Shown here piece by piece: positions 1 through 9,930 of a DNA stretch of 64,000 nt (its first letter is position 1; each line of letters opens with the position of its first letter). The stretch spans positions 1,426,001 to 1,490,000 of the forward strand of contig BQFW01000011.1 in assembly GCA_020891255.1 (NCBI GenBank), read 5' to 3'. This stretch comes from Entomortierella parvispora E1425 (taxonomy: Eukaryota > Fungi > Mortierellomycota). The notes beneath the pieces are model-generated. The model worked only from the letters and a program-made list of their open reading frames with translations, ran no database searches and was not told where the DNA came from. Both the position numbers and the translations under genes were made by a program.

Positions 1-4
1 GTAG

Positions 5-1016
5 ATTCGAAGCAGGGCAGGAGTCCATTTGAGAACGAATACACGGACCGTGACATGTTGGAGATCCTGAGGGACATCAGTCTTTTCATCTGTGCGCGAG
101 GCATGGACCGACATAACGAGAATGGTAAGAATAATGAAAGAGGTAGCGTCTCGCTTGACATCAACAAAACGAAAGGGTGTTGACCATCTGCCCTTCATTT
201 TTCTTCTTCTCTCTCTTCCCTTTGGGGCTGTCCCTTGCTCCTTAGAAAACGCGCTCGCGGAGCTGCCACCTGGTGCATCGTCATGGGTCTCTGCTGGCAA
301 GAATCTCATAAGTAAATGAAACGAAATTGGCAATTGGCATCCTAGTGTCATCAAGGACGATCGATGCAAGAAAAGGTCAAAACTAATCCAGACAACAAAA
401 AACCATGCATGTGAAAATAGCACCAACCACGGCTCAAAACTTTCAGCGATTGAATTACGCCCGTTCTGTCCGAGAAAAGTTCCCTGTTGCGAACGGCACA
501 GAACGTAAGTACAATCGAATATCTCTTGAACTAGAATGGAGAGGCATACCCTCATTTTCTCATTTCTTGTCTGAACAATATCATACTTCCTTCGCTCACT
601 AATAGTTCTGACGGGCTTGGATGAACACGTATACCGATGGACGGTGGAGACCACCGGACAATGGCTCGCCAACAATGGCTACGAGGATAGCGTCCAGTCC
701 TTCAAAGGTAAGGAGAACATGCATGGCGACAAACTCCATCATGTCTGCCTTTGTGCTTTCATGGGTAGGTACTCTCCTGGATACTAACTGTCGCGATCAT
801 CGTCACTGTCGTAACTTCCCCTTAGAAAACGACATCACGGGCGACGTCCTTTTGGATCTCACCCATGACACACTCAAGGACATGGGCATGACCTCGACCG
901 GTCGAAGGATCCGTCTTCTAAAGTTGATTGCCGAACTCCGATTGCTCGTCGCCGACATCGCCCTCCAAGAAGCCACGGATGAAGCCACGGCCTTTGAAAA
1001 CATGGCCATTCCCTAA
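5..1016 (+). CDS. 3' part of a multi-exon gene ending in a SAM (sterile alpha motif) domain; gene starts upstream of window
   Basis: Splicing exon ~606-707 (…WTVETTGQWLANNGYEDSVQSFK, donor GTAAGG) to exon ~826-1016 (ENDITGDVLLDLTHDTLKDMGMTSTGRRIRLLKLIAEL) gives a canonical SAM domain. Further upstream exons with GTAAG donors end near 124 and 503. Confidence 0.65.
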
Positions 1017-1397
1017 AAGATACCCTTCACTTCTAAAACTCCTTCCCTTTTCTGATTCCTTTCTCTCCATCCCTCTTTTTTCACTCTTTTTTCACTCTTT
1101 TGAACTCCTCATCTTCTCCCTGCTCTTCCTTTTACGAAATGATATGAACAAAAAGAACAAAGGCCCCTGGACATGAAATGAAAAAATCTCATAGGCACTT
1201 CTCAATAAATGCAATACGACAGCAAGAAATGAGTTATTTTATATACGTTTTGTTTTGTTTTGTTTTCATGTCTTTTGGTTCTCGGTTTCTGAAAACTCTT
1301 ACAGTCACGGAATACACAATGAAAGAAAGAGACAAGATAGGGAAGGAGGAGGGAGGGAAGGTAGAAGATAAACACAGAAAAGTAGGAAAAGGCGAAA

Positions 1398-4300
1398 TCA
1401 GACCGATTTACGTCTTGCCAGACAATAGTCTCCCCAGATCTTAGCCTGACCTCTCGTCAATGCGACCGTAATCTTGTCCGGGATCCAGAAAGCGCGCACC
1501 CACCGATTCTTGCCTGCGCCTACAGTCGTATCCAAAAACTTTTTGCAATACAATTTCTCCCAATGCTCCTTGTCCTGAAGGTAACGTGGCTCCAGATCAA
1601 CTTCTTTTGGCGCTGATGATGACGCTGTAGTTGCGGAAATTTTGGATTCCTCGTCCGACGAAGAGGACGAAGAAGGTCGACCGCTGTAATCCAAGTCAAC
1701 TAAGTACTGGCACTCATCCAAAGGGGTCTAATGAGAAACAGTAAAAGAAAAAAAAAATTAGCCCTCATTTGCCCTTCTTATCTTGGTGTCTTGCACAAAG
1801 CGAACGATACTTACATAATGGTCCCAGACCTCTTTGTTCTGGTTGTTCATTTGTGTGGGCACAAACGACGTGCCCGGGCGCCTCTCTGCGCTCCACCGCC
1901 AATCGATTCTCATCATGGGTCGATGATGCTTTCCTTCGGCGGCAGAAGGCTTCAATACTGGAATTTCTTCCTCACCAGCCTCCACATGTGTTCCGTCCTG
2001 GGAAGAGGGATCCCTTTCATAAAACTCGCCTGGCAATAAACCATCGAAATGACTCTTGATCAAGCCCAATCGCGCTCCTTCAGGCAAGAAATAATGGGAT
2101 GGGAAGCGATACCATTCCTTGCCAACACATACACGAACCGGGCCTTGCTTCTGAACTTTGGTCGTCAAAGATTCTTCCGGTGTAGTTGACTCAACTTGAA
2201 GCATAGGATCCAAGGATGGCCCGCCTGCAATCATTGCTGGCACTTGGACCAAGTCAAACGCCTTCCTGTAGACATCGATCGGCGCCGAGTAATGGTCATA
2301 GAGCGCCAAAATTCTAGAAAGAGAGATGACCGCCGATGCAAAGAGGGCCACCCACACCAATCCTTTGGAGTATTTGTGAATCGCAGCCGTCTAAAATGGG
2401 TGAGTTTTGTCGTTAGTTTTCATTTAATTGAAACGCTGACTGGCATGCTCTTTGGGGACGTGCTGAGGCATGTCTGATTTCTCACCTTAGAACGGGTCAC
2501 ATAATTGTCGAGGAACTTTTGAATCAACTTCTGAGCCATGAAAAGAGTCATGGCAGCATTGAAACAAAGCAAAGGGTAGACGACAAATAAGAACCGCTCC
2601 TCCTTATGAGGCTGTGCTGTGAAGATTGCAAACCACAAGTAAAAAGGAGAGAGCTTGAGAGTAAACAAGAGCAAAGGGTCCTTCAATGGGCCAGTGCTTG
2701 TGGGTGAGTTTGGCAGGATTCCCGGGACCAAAAAGTAGGTCAGCAACTATATTTGACATGAAAAATCAAGTCGGTTAGAAGTGTCATCGATATCGCTTGG
2801 AGGGGGGGGGGGATTCAACATCTGCAATTGCATTAGCGAACATACCAGAACAGGGAAGGATGCCAAAGCTGCGAGGAAGAGCACGTTAAAGTTCAAAAGT
2901 CCGTTGAGTATATAGAACCACCAAGGCTCTGTACCAAAAATATCAGGTCCAACATCGCCTCCGAAAACATTGTAAAGGACAATGTTGAGAGGGACAACGA
3001 CTAATCTCTTGTAGTAGTACCGATCAATGAGGACCATAGGAACCTGTATTACCAACACAAATAAAAACAGTAAGAAATCGGACTTGCATCACATTCAATA
3101 CGGATCAAATTCATAGCGACACTCACCAAAACGAGGGCCAGAACAACAATGGCATATGTCACCAATCGGAGAAATCGCATCCTGCGCCAGTCCCGGAACC
3201 GGACCGTCTTTTTCTTGCTTTGATTCCTGTTGTGGATCAAGAGTTCCTCCAGAGCAAACGGCAAGCCCACGGCAGCCGAAAATGGCCAGCCCAAAAGCGC
3301 ACCCAGTCCGACCCAAAAGATGGCCCAAAAAGTGCGTTTTCCAGAGTGTTGACGAGGAGGCTGAAGCATTTGACTGAAGAAGAGCATGGTCGTATACATG
3401 GCAAAAGTCGATGGCAAAAATGCTAAACAAGAGTGGCACGAGAACAAGACCTCGTTAGGCAATTGTCTTGGCAGTAAGGTGTACCCCCTGTTGTCGATCT
3501 GGCGACCCTTACCGTTGGAGGCAATCCACGTGCCAGCGCTGGTGACCAAAGCCATTAGCAGATAACGACCTATCCTGGGATCGACCTCATCTACGACTGC
3601 CCTGTAAAGCGTTGCCTCGCAGTGAGCCGACATGGCCCCCAAGATGATCCTGATAATAAAAAACACCTGCAACTGATGACATGATACAGAGAAGGAGAAG
3701 GAGAGCTATGTTAGCATTGAGCACCAATAGCAATCCTTGCATCATCCTGGGTGCTGTCTTCTCTGCACAACAAACAAGGCCTCCATCGACCATCCAACGG
3801 GACGAGGAGGCGTGACAGTCAGCCTCAATTGCCATATCCAGAAAGTAAGTAAAAAATGAAACTCACGCGATTCGCACTCATGGCCAGTCGGGTGATCTCT
3901 GCTGCAATGGTGTGGGCGAGAATGTAGGCCCAGCTCCTGATAGCATAAAGTGGCGAGTATTCCCAGGTCTCCAGCCCTGTCCCGTACTGGAGGTAATGCA
4001 TTGGCTCCCAAAAGTTGAAGACCTCATCACAATCCGAGATGTTGGAGTACGTCGCACCCAGGGTACGGATCAGGAACAGTGCTTTGAATGCGACAGAGTA
4101 CGACGGACAGTACGGACCGACGGTATTACTACATGAGGGAGGGGAAGAAGGGTTCAGTACTGCAAGCATGAAATGATTCCATCGCACGGCGAACAATGGG
4201 AGGAATGGCATTTCATTACCGCCAACGCGAGATTTCATCCATCGCCTCGAAGCGATCGCTGTTGGAGTCGCTGTTGCTGTCTGCATTATCGTTCTGGTCC

Positions 4301-4527
4301 CCATCGAGAATCTTTTTCCCGCTCAGGATCCCATTCAGGCTGCTGTGGCTGCTATGGCTGCTATGGCTGCTATGTCCGTTGCTGTGACCATTGGAGACCT
4401 TGCGATGCCTGAGGGTTTGCGAGGTAGTCGAACCAGGGCTTTTTGAGGCTGTGGAAGGCGTAGATTCGAACTTTTCAGCGCCATTCTTGCGCTCCGGCAG
4501 ATCAAACGCAGGACTGGGCATGGTCAT
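1398..4527 (-). CDS. ALG9: Alpha-1,2-mannosyltransferase (GT22), multi-exon
   Basis: Motifs SNISDCDEVFNFWEPMHYL…TWEYSPLYAIRSWAY, AFLPSTFAMY, QPHKEERFLFVVYP and VCVGKEWYRFPSHYFLP are spread over the minus-strand ORFs 1398-4527. Confidence 0.95.
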
Positions 4528-5277
4528 TGAGAGGCAGCGAGCTGGACTATTTGCTCTCGTGGACTGCGATTAGGTCAGTGTCCAAGGGAAAAGGATGAAG
4601 GGACGAGAAGTGAAGAGAGAGGGGACGAATTGCCTTTTGCAATTGTCGCACAGCCAAAATTGCAATGTTCTTTCGCCAGGTGGATCCGAGGACAATTGGG
4701 GAATAAAAGCGTAGAAAGATAAAGAAAGCAGATCAACCTGAAAGGAGGACGGGCGATGGGGTGTCAGAGAGAGAAGTAAAGAAAGAAGAAAGAGAGAGTA
4801 GCAAAAAAGTAATGAATGGGAAAGAATGAATGGGAAAGAGAAGGGAAGGGGTCGTTTCTGGTTGGAAAAAAGGGCGGACGACGAATATTGGCGGCGTCGG
4901 CGGCGTCAGAGAAAGAGAAAGAGGAAGAAAAAAAAGTTGTCGTTCATCGAAGGGAGGAAGGAGAAGTGGGAGAGAGAGAAAGAGGAGAGGGGTGAGAGAG
5001 GGATGAAGGATGAAGAATAAAAAAGAGAGATGTTCATTGACATGTCCTTTTCCTCCAAGAGGGAAGAACGATGAGAGCACTTTCTCGCTGTGTCTGCGTG
5101 CAGATGCGTCTCTCGTCCCCTGGACACATTCATTCGCTCATTCATCTCATTCTGTCTTCCTCTCTTTAATTTGGTTTATTATTGCTATTATTGCTATTAT
5201 TGCTGTTCCTCTTCTTGCGCAATGTAGAACGGGTATGGGTATGGATGTGGACGGGTGTGGACGGGCGGAGAGGCAAC

Positions 5278-5848
5278 TCAGACAATGCCAAAGTAGATCA
5301 GCACCAGGTTCTCGGGACCTGTGTTCCTGTGGACATGAATCTACGTTAGTTTTTTGTAAATGTGTGCTTGCATGCAGTCATTCATTCATCCTTACCTGAT
5401 CTCATGGTACTCTCCCGGAAATACAGTAACAGTCATACCGGCTTTGATCGCAAAGATCCTGTCATCAACCTCCATCTCACCAGTACCAGCCTGGAAATGG
5501 AAGGCTGTTCGTTGAATGGTTGAATGTTCGCAAAAGAATGAAAAAAAGGGTTGGTCAGTCAGTCAGTAACACGAAGAGTCTTCTCTTTTTGGTCATGCAT
5601 CCGCCCTGCATGCACAGCACGGTCTTTCTCATCCTCTCTCTCTCAGTGCTGTTTTGGATAGTCAGGTCTTTACTCTCAGTCATGTCCTTGTGCTTGTGCT
5701 TGGTGGCCTGCTCGCCTGGCTTGAGGGTTGCAACGGCAAGCTGGGCTACATTGGGGACTTCGCCCATCTTGAGCAGGACCTTCTTCTCCACGTTTGAGTC
5801 GTGGGAGATGTATGCAACAGGTAGGGTATCAAGAGAAGTGACTTTCAT
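5278..5848 (-). CDS. Small single-domain cupin (110 aa, 3 exons: 5848-5674, 5504-5396, 5326-5278)
   Basis: Spliced product MKVTSLDTLPVAYISHDSNVEKKVLLKMGEVPNVAQLAVATLKPGEQATKHKHKDMTETFHFQAGTGEMEVDDRIFAIKAGMTVTVFPGEYHEIRNTGPENLVLIYFGIV. HxHxxxxE and the second-motif His are intact; exons sum to 333 nt. Confidence 0.85.
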
Positions 5849-6322
5849 TTTGGTACGTTGTAAGATAGGTAGGTACGTTGTGTGGAGAGGGAAGTAGAGA
5901 AGCAGAGTGGAATAGTGAAGAGAGAAGAAGAAAGAGACAGGGTCTGTCTTTCTGCTCAAAGCCTCTCATCTCATCCAATCCGTCCGTGAGCTGCGGAGAC
6001 GGAAATGTCGGCAGAACTCCGAGATTCGACGTGCGGACCTTCTGTTGCCACCAATTCACCGTTTGACAACCATGAACATCTGTGTCAAGGAGGAATGCAA
6101 AACGCAGACACGGCACTAAAATCGCACCCCTCGTGGCAACCATCTTGACCTACCCACTTGGCACTGAGGCAGATATGAGTGAACTCGCGATTGTGCCAAA
6201 GGTGAATGTGGCACTGTCGTCCTGCATAGTAGATGACCTATGTTCGGCCTGCCCTTAACTTGCTTTGTACCGAGCGACCCTTCCGGTATGTTCTCGTATA
6301 TCCTCTCAATCTGCCGACTACT

Positions 6323-6729
6323 TCACAGACCCCTACCATCGCAAGGCTGATGTGGATCTTGTTGTTGCTGTTGATCCAGTTGTTGTTGGTGATTGAGATA
6401 GTGGTGCTGCTGCTGTTGCTGTGCCAGTTGCTGTGCCTGTTGTCGATACCTCTCTCGGAGATCATGGAGATCCAGAGCATTATGTAGGAGATGGATCCCT
6501 CCTGCCTGGGCATCCCTTTGCAGCCGCTGTGGGTGTAGCAGCAACGAGTAGTTTAGCTGCTGCTGGAGCAGCAGATATTGCTCCTCGGCCGCTTGTTGCT
6601 GTTGGTGGGGGTGGTTCCCCCTCACTGGCCCTTGGGACGCCAGGGTCTTGGGCGGTTACGCCGACGACGAGGTCTTCCCTCATGGGGCCGTTGATCCTGG
6701 TGGGGTGGCGGTGGTTGTGGTGCTTCCAT
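6323..6729 (-). pseudogene. Degenerate Q-rich ORF, paralogue A (MEAPQPPP…PRRRR…QLQRDAQAGGIHLLHNALDLHDLRER)
   Basis: DNA at ~6470-6830 aligns by eye with ~8750-9200. The frame is broken between the MEAPQ start segment and the Q-rich segment. Confidence 0.45.
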
Positions 6730-8324
6730 TTTTTTATTTCTGTTGAATGCCACTGGGAGGTGGTTGACCTCTCACAAGTCTCGCAATTGTCTGAATCTTG
6801 TTCATACATTTTAATAGACGTACCTCCTCCTGGTCGCTCCCAGTTTATGATGCCTCCTGCTTGCTGCTTCCTTGACTTTCTCCATGCTCTGATGGTCATC
6901 CATGCCCCCACTTCCCCTTCCATCGTTCTCTCCTTCCTTCTCCAGTCGCATAACGCCACCAACTCAAAATCACGCTCCGCCAGTCCCCGGCTCCAAGTGG
7001 ACTTGCAAGAAGCAACCTCAAAATCCATCCGCTTATTATAAGCGGCGTGAAGCATCAACAACCGTCAGAGCTGCCGAGTTGAACAAGCGACTGGATATCA
7101 ACATGGACCCTTCGGCCGATGTCTTCTTGCGGATCAGTCCCTGAAGAGAGCAATTCTCCTTATTCTGATCCAAAGAACATGAGGATGGAAATATGAAGAT
7201 GCGAAACACAGGACGATTTGTAGCAACCGGACACTTTGAGGGAGGCACTGATGCAGACGCTATTTGGAAGGGCAACAGATGACTCGGTTCAAGGGCATTT
7301 CCCACTGCAGGAACTGGATGGGGTTCGCCGTTTGATTCTCGTTTAGAATGGAAGACGGCCTGCAAGGTAGAGTACAGATAGGCCTTCAAATAGGTCCCTA
7401 CCATCAACACTGACCTGTATTGTGGGCGAATAGAGGTGAACATAAAAGACCTTTTGCGCATGTCCCGCTACTCGATGCTCTTTCTCCCAACACTGAATTC
7501 CTACAGGACCCACTGATCGTGGGTGCTCTGCCCGATGCTATTCGCGTCACCCTCCTTCTTGTGGCCTTTCCTTTTGAAATTATACAATAACTGAATTGGG
7601 TGACTTTGATAATTGACCTTCCCAGTCCACCGTAGCCTTTCGCATTGGCCATGCCCCCAATAGCATCGTGGTTGCAGCTACCGCCAGCACCTCTATCCGT
7701 ATAAATAACTTCAACACAACTAAAATCGCATCCAGCTGCTGCCCTAAAAGAAATCCACTTTGGTTCCCTTTTTTTAATTTAAAAAAAAAAAAAAAAAAAA
7801 ATGAAAAAAAGGGTAGAGTATTATCGTGTGAGTGAGTAGGGTGAGTGAGTAGGCCAAGTGCTTGGTTAATTAGAAAACCTTGACAGGAATATGAATAGGA
7901 TATTGAGATGGAGGTAAGCTATGGAGGGGTGGAGGGAATGGGAAGGAATGTGTCATCTGGACATGTGCAACGAGATGGGTTCTGAGCCAAGCAGATCAGC
8001 GAGGTGCACGTACTAACTCACTGTCTCCAAGGATCTCGACGATAACGAAAAAATTGCATCAACTCGAGGGTATGCACAGTCAAATGGTAGTGGTTACATT
8101 CTCACATCCCGTCTGCTGGAAGCAGTTCTTTTTGGTAGCCGTGAGACAATCATGTTAACAACAACATTGTCCACTTTAAGATAAAACATTGGTCTTCACG
8201 TTTGTAGCTTTGCCAAACAGATCGTGCCCTCACTCGACAAACAGTGCTTGCGAGCAGGGAATGATGGAGCATGTCCTTGGATAAGGTACTTGTCGCCTCC
8301 ATTCATTTCTTATTACTATGGACG

Positions 8325-8993
8325 TTATCTGTTGTTCGAGATTACATTAGAGGTAAGCGGATAAATTTGGCACGAAAGGGGGTTTTGTTCCATATGATTG
8401 AGGAAGGTGTGGGCATCAATTTGCTTCCTGAGTGAGGTAGCTTCCTCCGTCAAGGCCTGCCTGTCTGCCTCAGAAAGGCGGCCCCGTAGTTGAGAGAATA
8501 TCCACTGGAGGCGGCCCAAAAGGACCGCCTCGACAGTGACAGCGGAAGCGGCGGGGGCAGGGGGGGGGGGGGGGGTGGAGAGTCCCACAAGAGTCCAGGC
8601 CGTTTCTAGCAACAGATCATGGAACGTAGAAAAGGTGCGAGGGAGGATCTCTTGCTGTGTCTTTACTTATGGTAACAATAAACTGGACATACCCAGATCT
8701 TGTTGTTGTTGTTGCTGGTGCTGGTGCTGCTGGTGGCGCTGCCGAAGATCGTGTAGATCTAGAGCATTTTGCAGGAGATGAATCTCTCCTTCCTGAGTAT
8801 CCCTTTGCAGCTGCTGTTGTTGCTGCGGCAGCGAGCAGTTCAGCTGCTGTTGCTCCTCAGCCGCTGTTGTTGCAGGTAGGGGTGGTTACCCCCTCATTTC
8901 TCCTTCCCTATGCCGGGGTCTAGCTCGCCGACGAGGACGGCGGGGTCCCTTCTGTGGCTTGTCGTAGTATGGAGGTGGTTGTGCAGCTTCCAT
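8325..8993 (-). pseudogene. Degenerate Q-rich ORF, paralogue B (MEAAQPPP…PRRRAR…LQRDTQEGEIHLLQNALDLHDLRQR)
   Basis: Same start motif and Q-rich core as paralogue A. In-frame TAA after …EGEMRG; GTATGT donor near 8690 and a possible downstream exon at 8325-8612. Confidence 0.45.
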
Positions 8994-9523
8994 CTTTCGT
9001 TTTGAATGGGGGCATGAGAAGAAGGAGATGTGAATGCTAATGGGAAGAGAAGGAAAGGGCGGAAACAATGATCAATTTTGACTTTTTTTATGATCCCTTG
9101 GTGGTTGACATCTCACAAGTCTCGCAGTCGTCTGAATCCTGTTCATAGGCATGAATGAGGATGTTCTCCTTTCGACATTTTAATAGACGTACCTCCTCCT
9201 GCCCCTCTACCACCGTTAACTATGGCTGAGGGATGCCCTGTGGGATCGCCTATTTACAGGCTGCTGATGAGGATACTGAATCTATTCTATGAGGTTGAAG
9301 AAAGAGGGGGAAGTGAAGGCTGCTTTTATATCATCAAAAAAAGGGCACTAGCGGCGTGGACCTTAGACCGTTGGGAACGATCACCTTGCGTGATCGATCG
9401 TCACTCGGCGACGACAATACCATATATCAGACTCTATTTCGCGAACTGAACCAGAGTCTTGTCCTCAGCAAACGAGAGGCATGATCGACCTGCTCGATCG
9501 ATCTTGGACCATGATCACCAAGC

Positions 9524-9541
9524 GGCCTTTGGCCTGGTCAT
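9524..9541. repeat. Target-site duplication, left copy (3' side of LINE)
   Basis: GGCCTTTGGCCTGGTCAT, identical to 18117-18134. Confidence 0.93.
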
Positions 9542-9681
9542 TTTTTTATTATTGACAAGGGGCCTATAGAAATGTGACCTAAGCCACTGTTTCAATCGCA
9601 TGCTTCTGCATCCAGAGCCGTACGCGACCGTTGCGTCGCTCTCCTCTTTTAAAAAGAGAAGAACCCGAGGTCTAGGTCGCC

Positions 9682-9930
9682 TCACGACAATAAAAATTTA
9701 CAACTTCCCATCCTTTCCATCACTGCTGGTCGTCGCCGACCTAGATATGTGTCCAGCAGAATTATATCCGCTTCGATGGCTTCGCCCGTAAAACCGGGGC
9801 AAGTGTTGTTCGTGTGGTTGTCTAGTAATTGTCCGCATTCGCACTCATCCTCCGCGGGTGGTGCTCCGACCCAGGATCGCCATGGGTTGACTTGCGCTCC
9901 TTGTTGTCTCGGTGGCAGTGTTCTCTTCAT
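9682..9930 (-). CDS. 82-aa ORF at LINE 3' end (frameshifted ORF2 C-terminus or ATGA-coupled ORF3) with a C-x-C-x6-H-x4-C motif
   Basis: MKRTLPPRQQ…CECGQLLDNHTNNTC…; its ATG (9930-9928) overlaps the ORF2 TGA (9929-9927). Confidence 0.65.
   Translation of the reverse strand: MKRTLPPRQQGAQVNPWRSWVGAPPAEDECECGQLLDNHTNNTCPGFTGEAIEADIILLDTYLGRRRPAVMERMGSCKFLLS

Noticed and set aside
6760-6830. CxxC…T.S.W segment (CETCERSTTSQW) resembling a GATA zinc finger
   Set aside because: The second CxxC pair is missing, the paralogous copy hits a stop right after it, and it sits downstream of a probable GTACGT donor upstream of the likely start codon.
9335-9350. AAAAAGGGC start resembling the U11 snRNA 5' end
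   Set aside because: No downstream complement closing the four-way junction and no Sm site at the expected distance.
9425-9470. CTGAGGA…GAAA on the minus strand as a hammerhead core
   Set aside because: Stem II cannot close (C opposite C), and stems I/III are not present.
9521-9541. Similarity of the target site (CGGCCTTT-GGC) to the U2 snRNA 5' stem, a known target of some site-specific LINEs
   Set aside because: Only ~11 nt match; the U2 branch-point-pairing GTGTAGTA and the Sm site are absent from the rejoined flank.
9612-9645. 3' UTR hairpin GAGC-GAC-GCAA-…-GTACGGCTC resembling group II intron domain V; also a 16-bp palindrome at 9644-9659
   Set aside because: Five nucleotides of the lower DV stem are missing and no other intron domains are present. 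These are probably ordinary 3' UTR stems.
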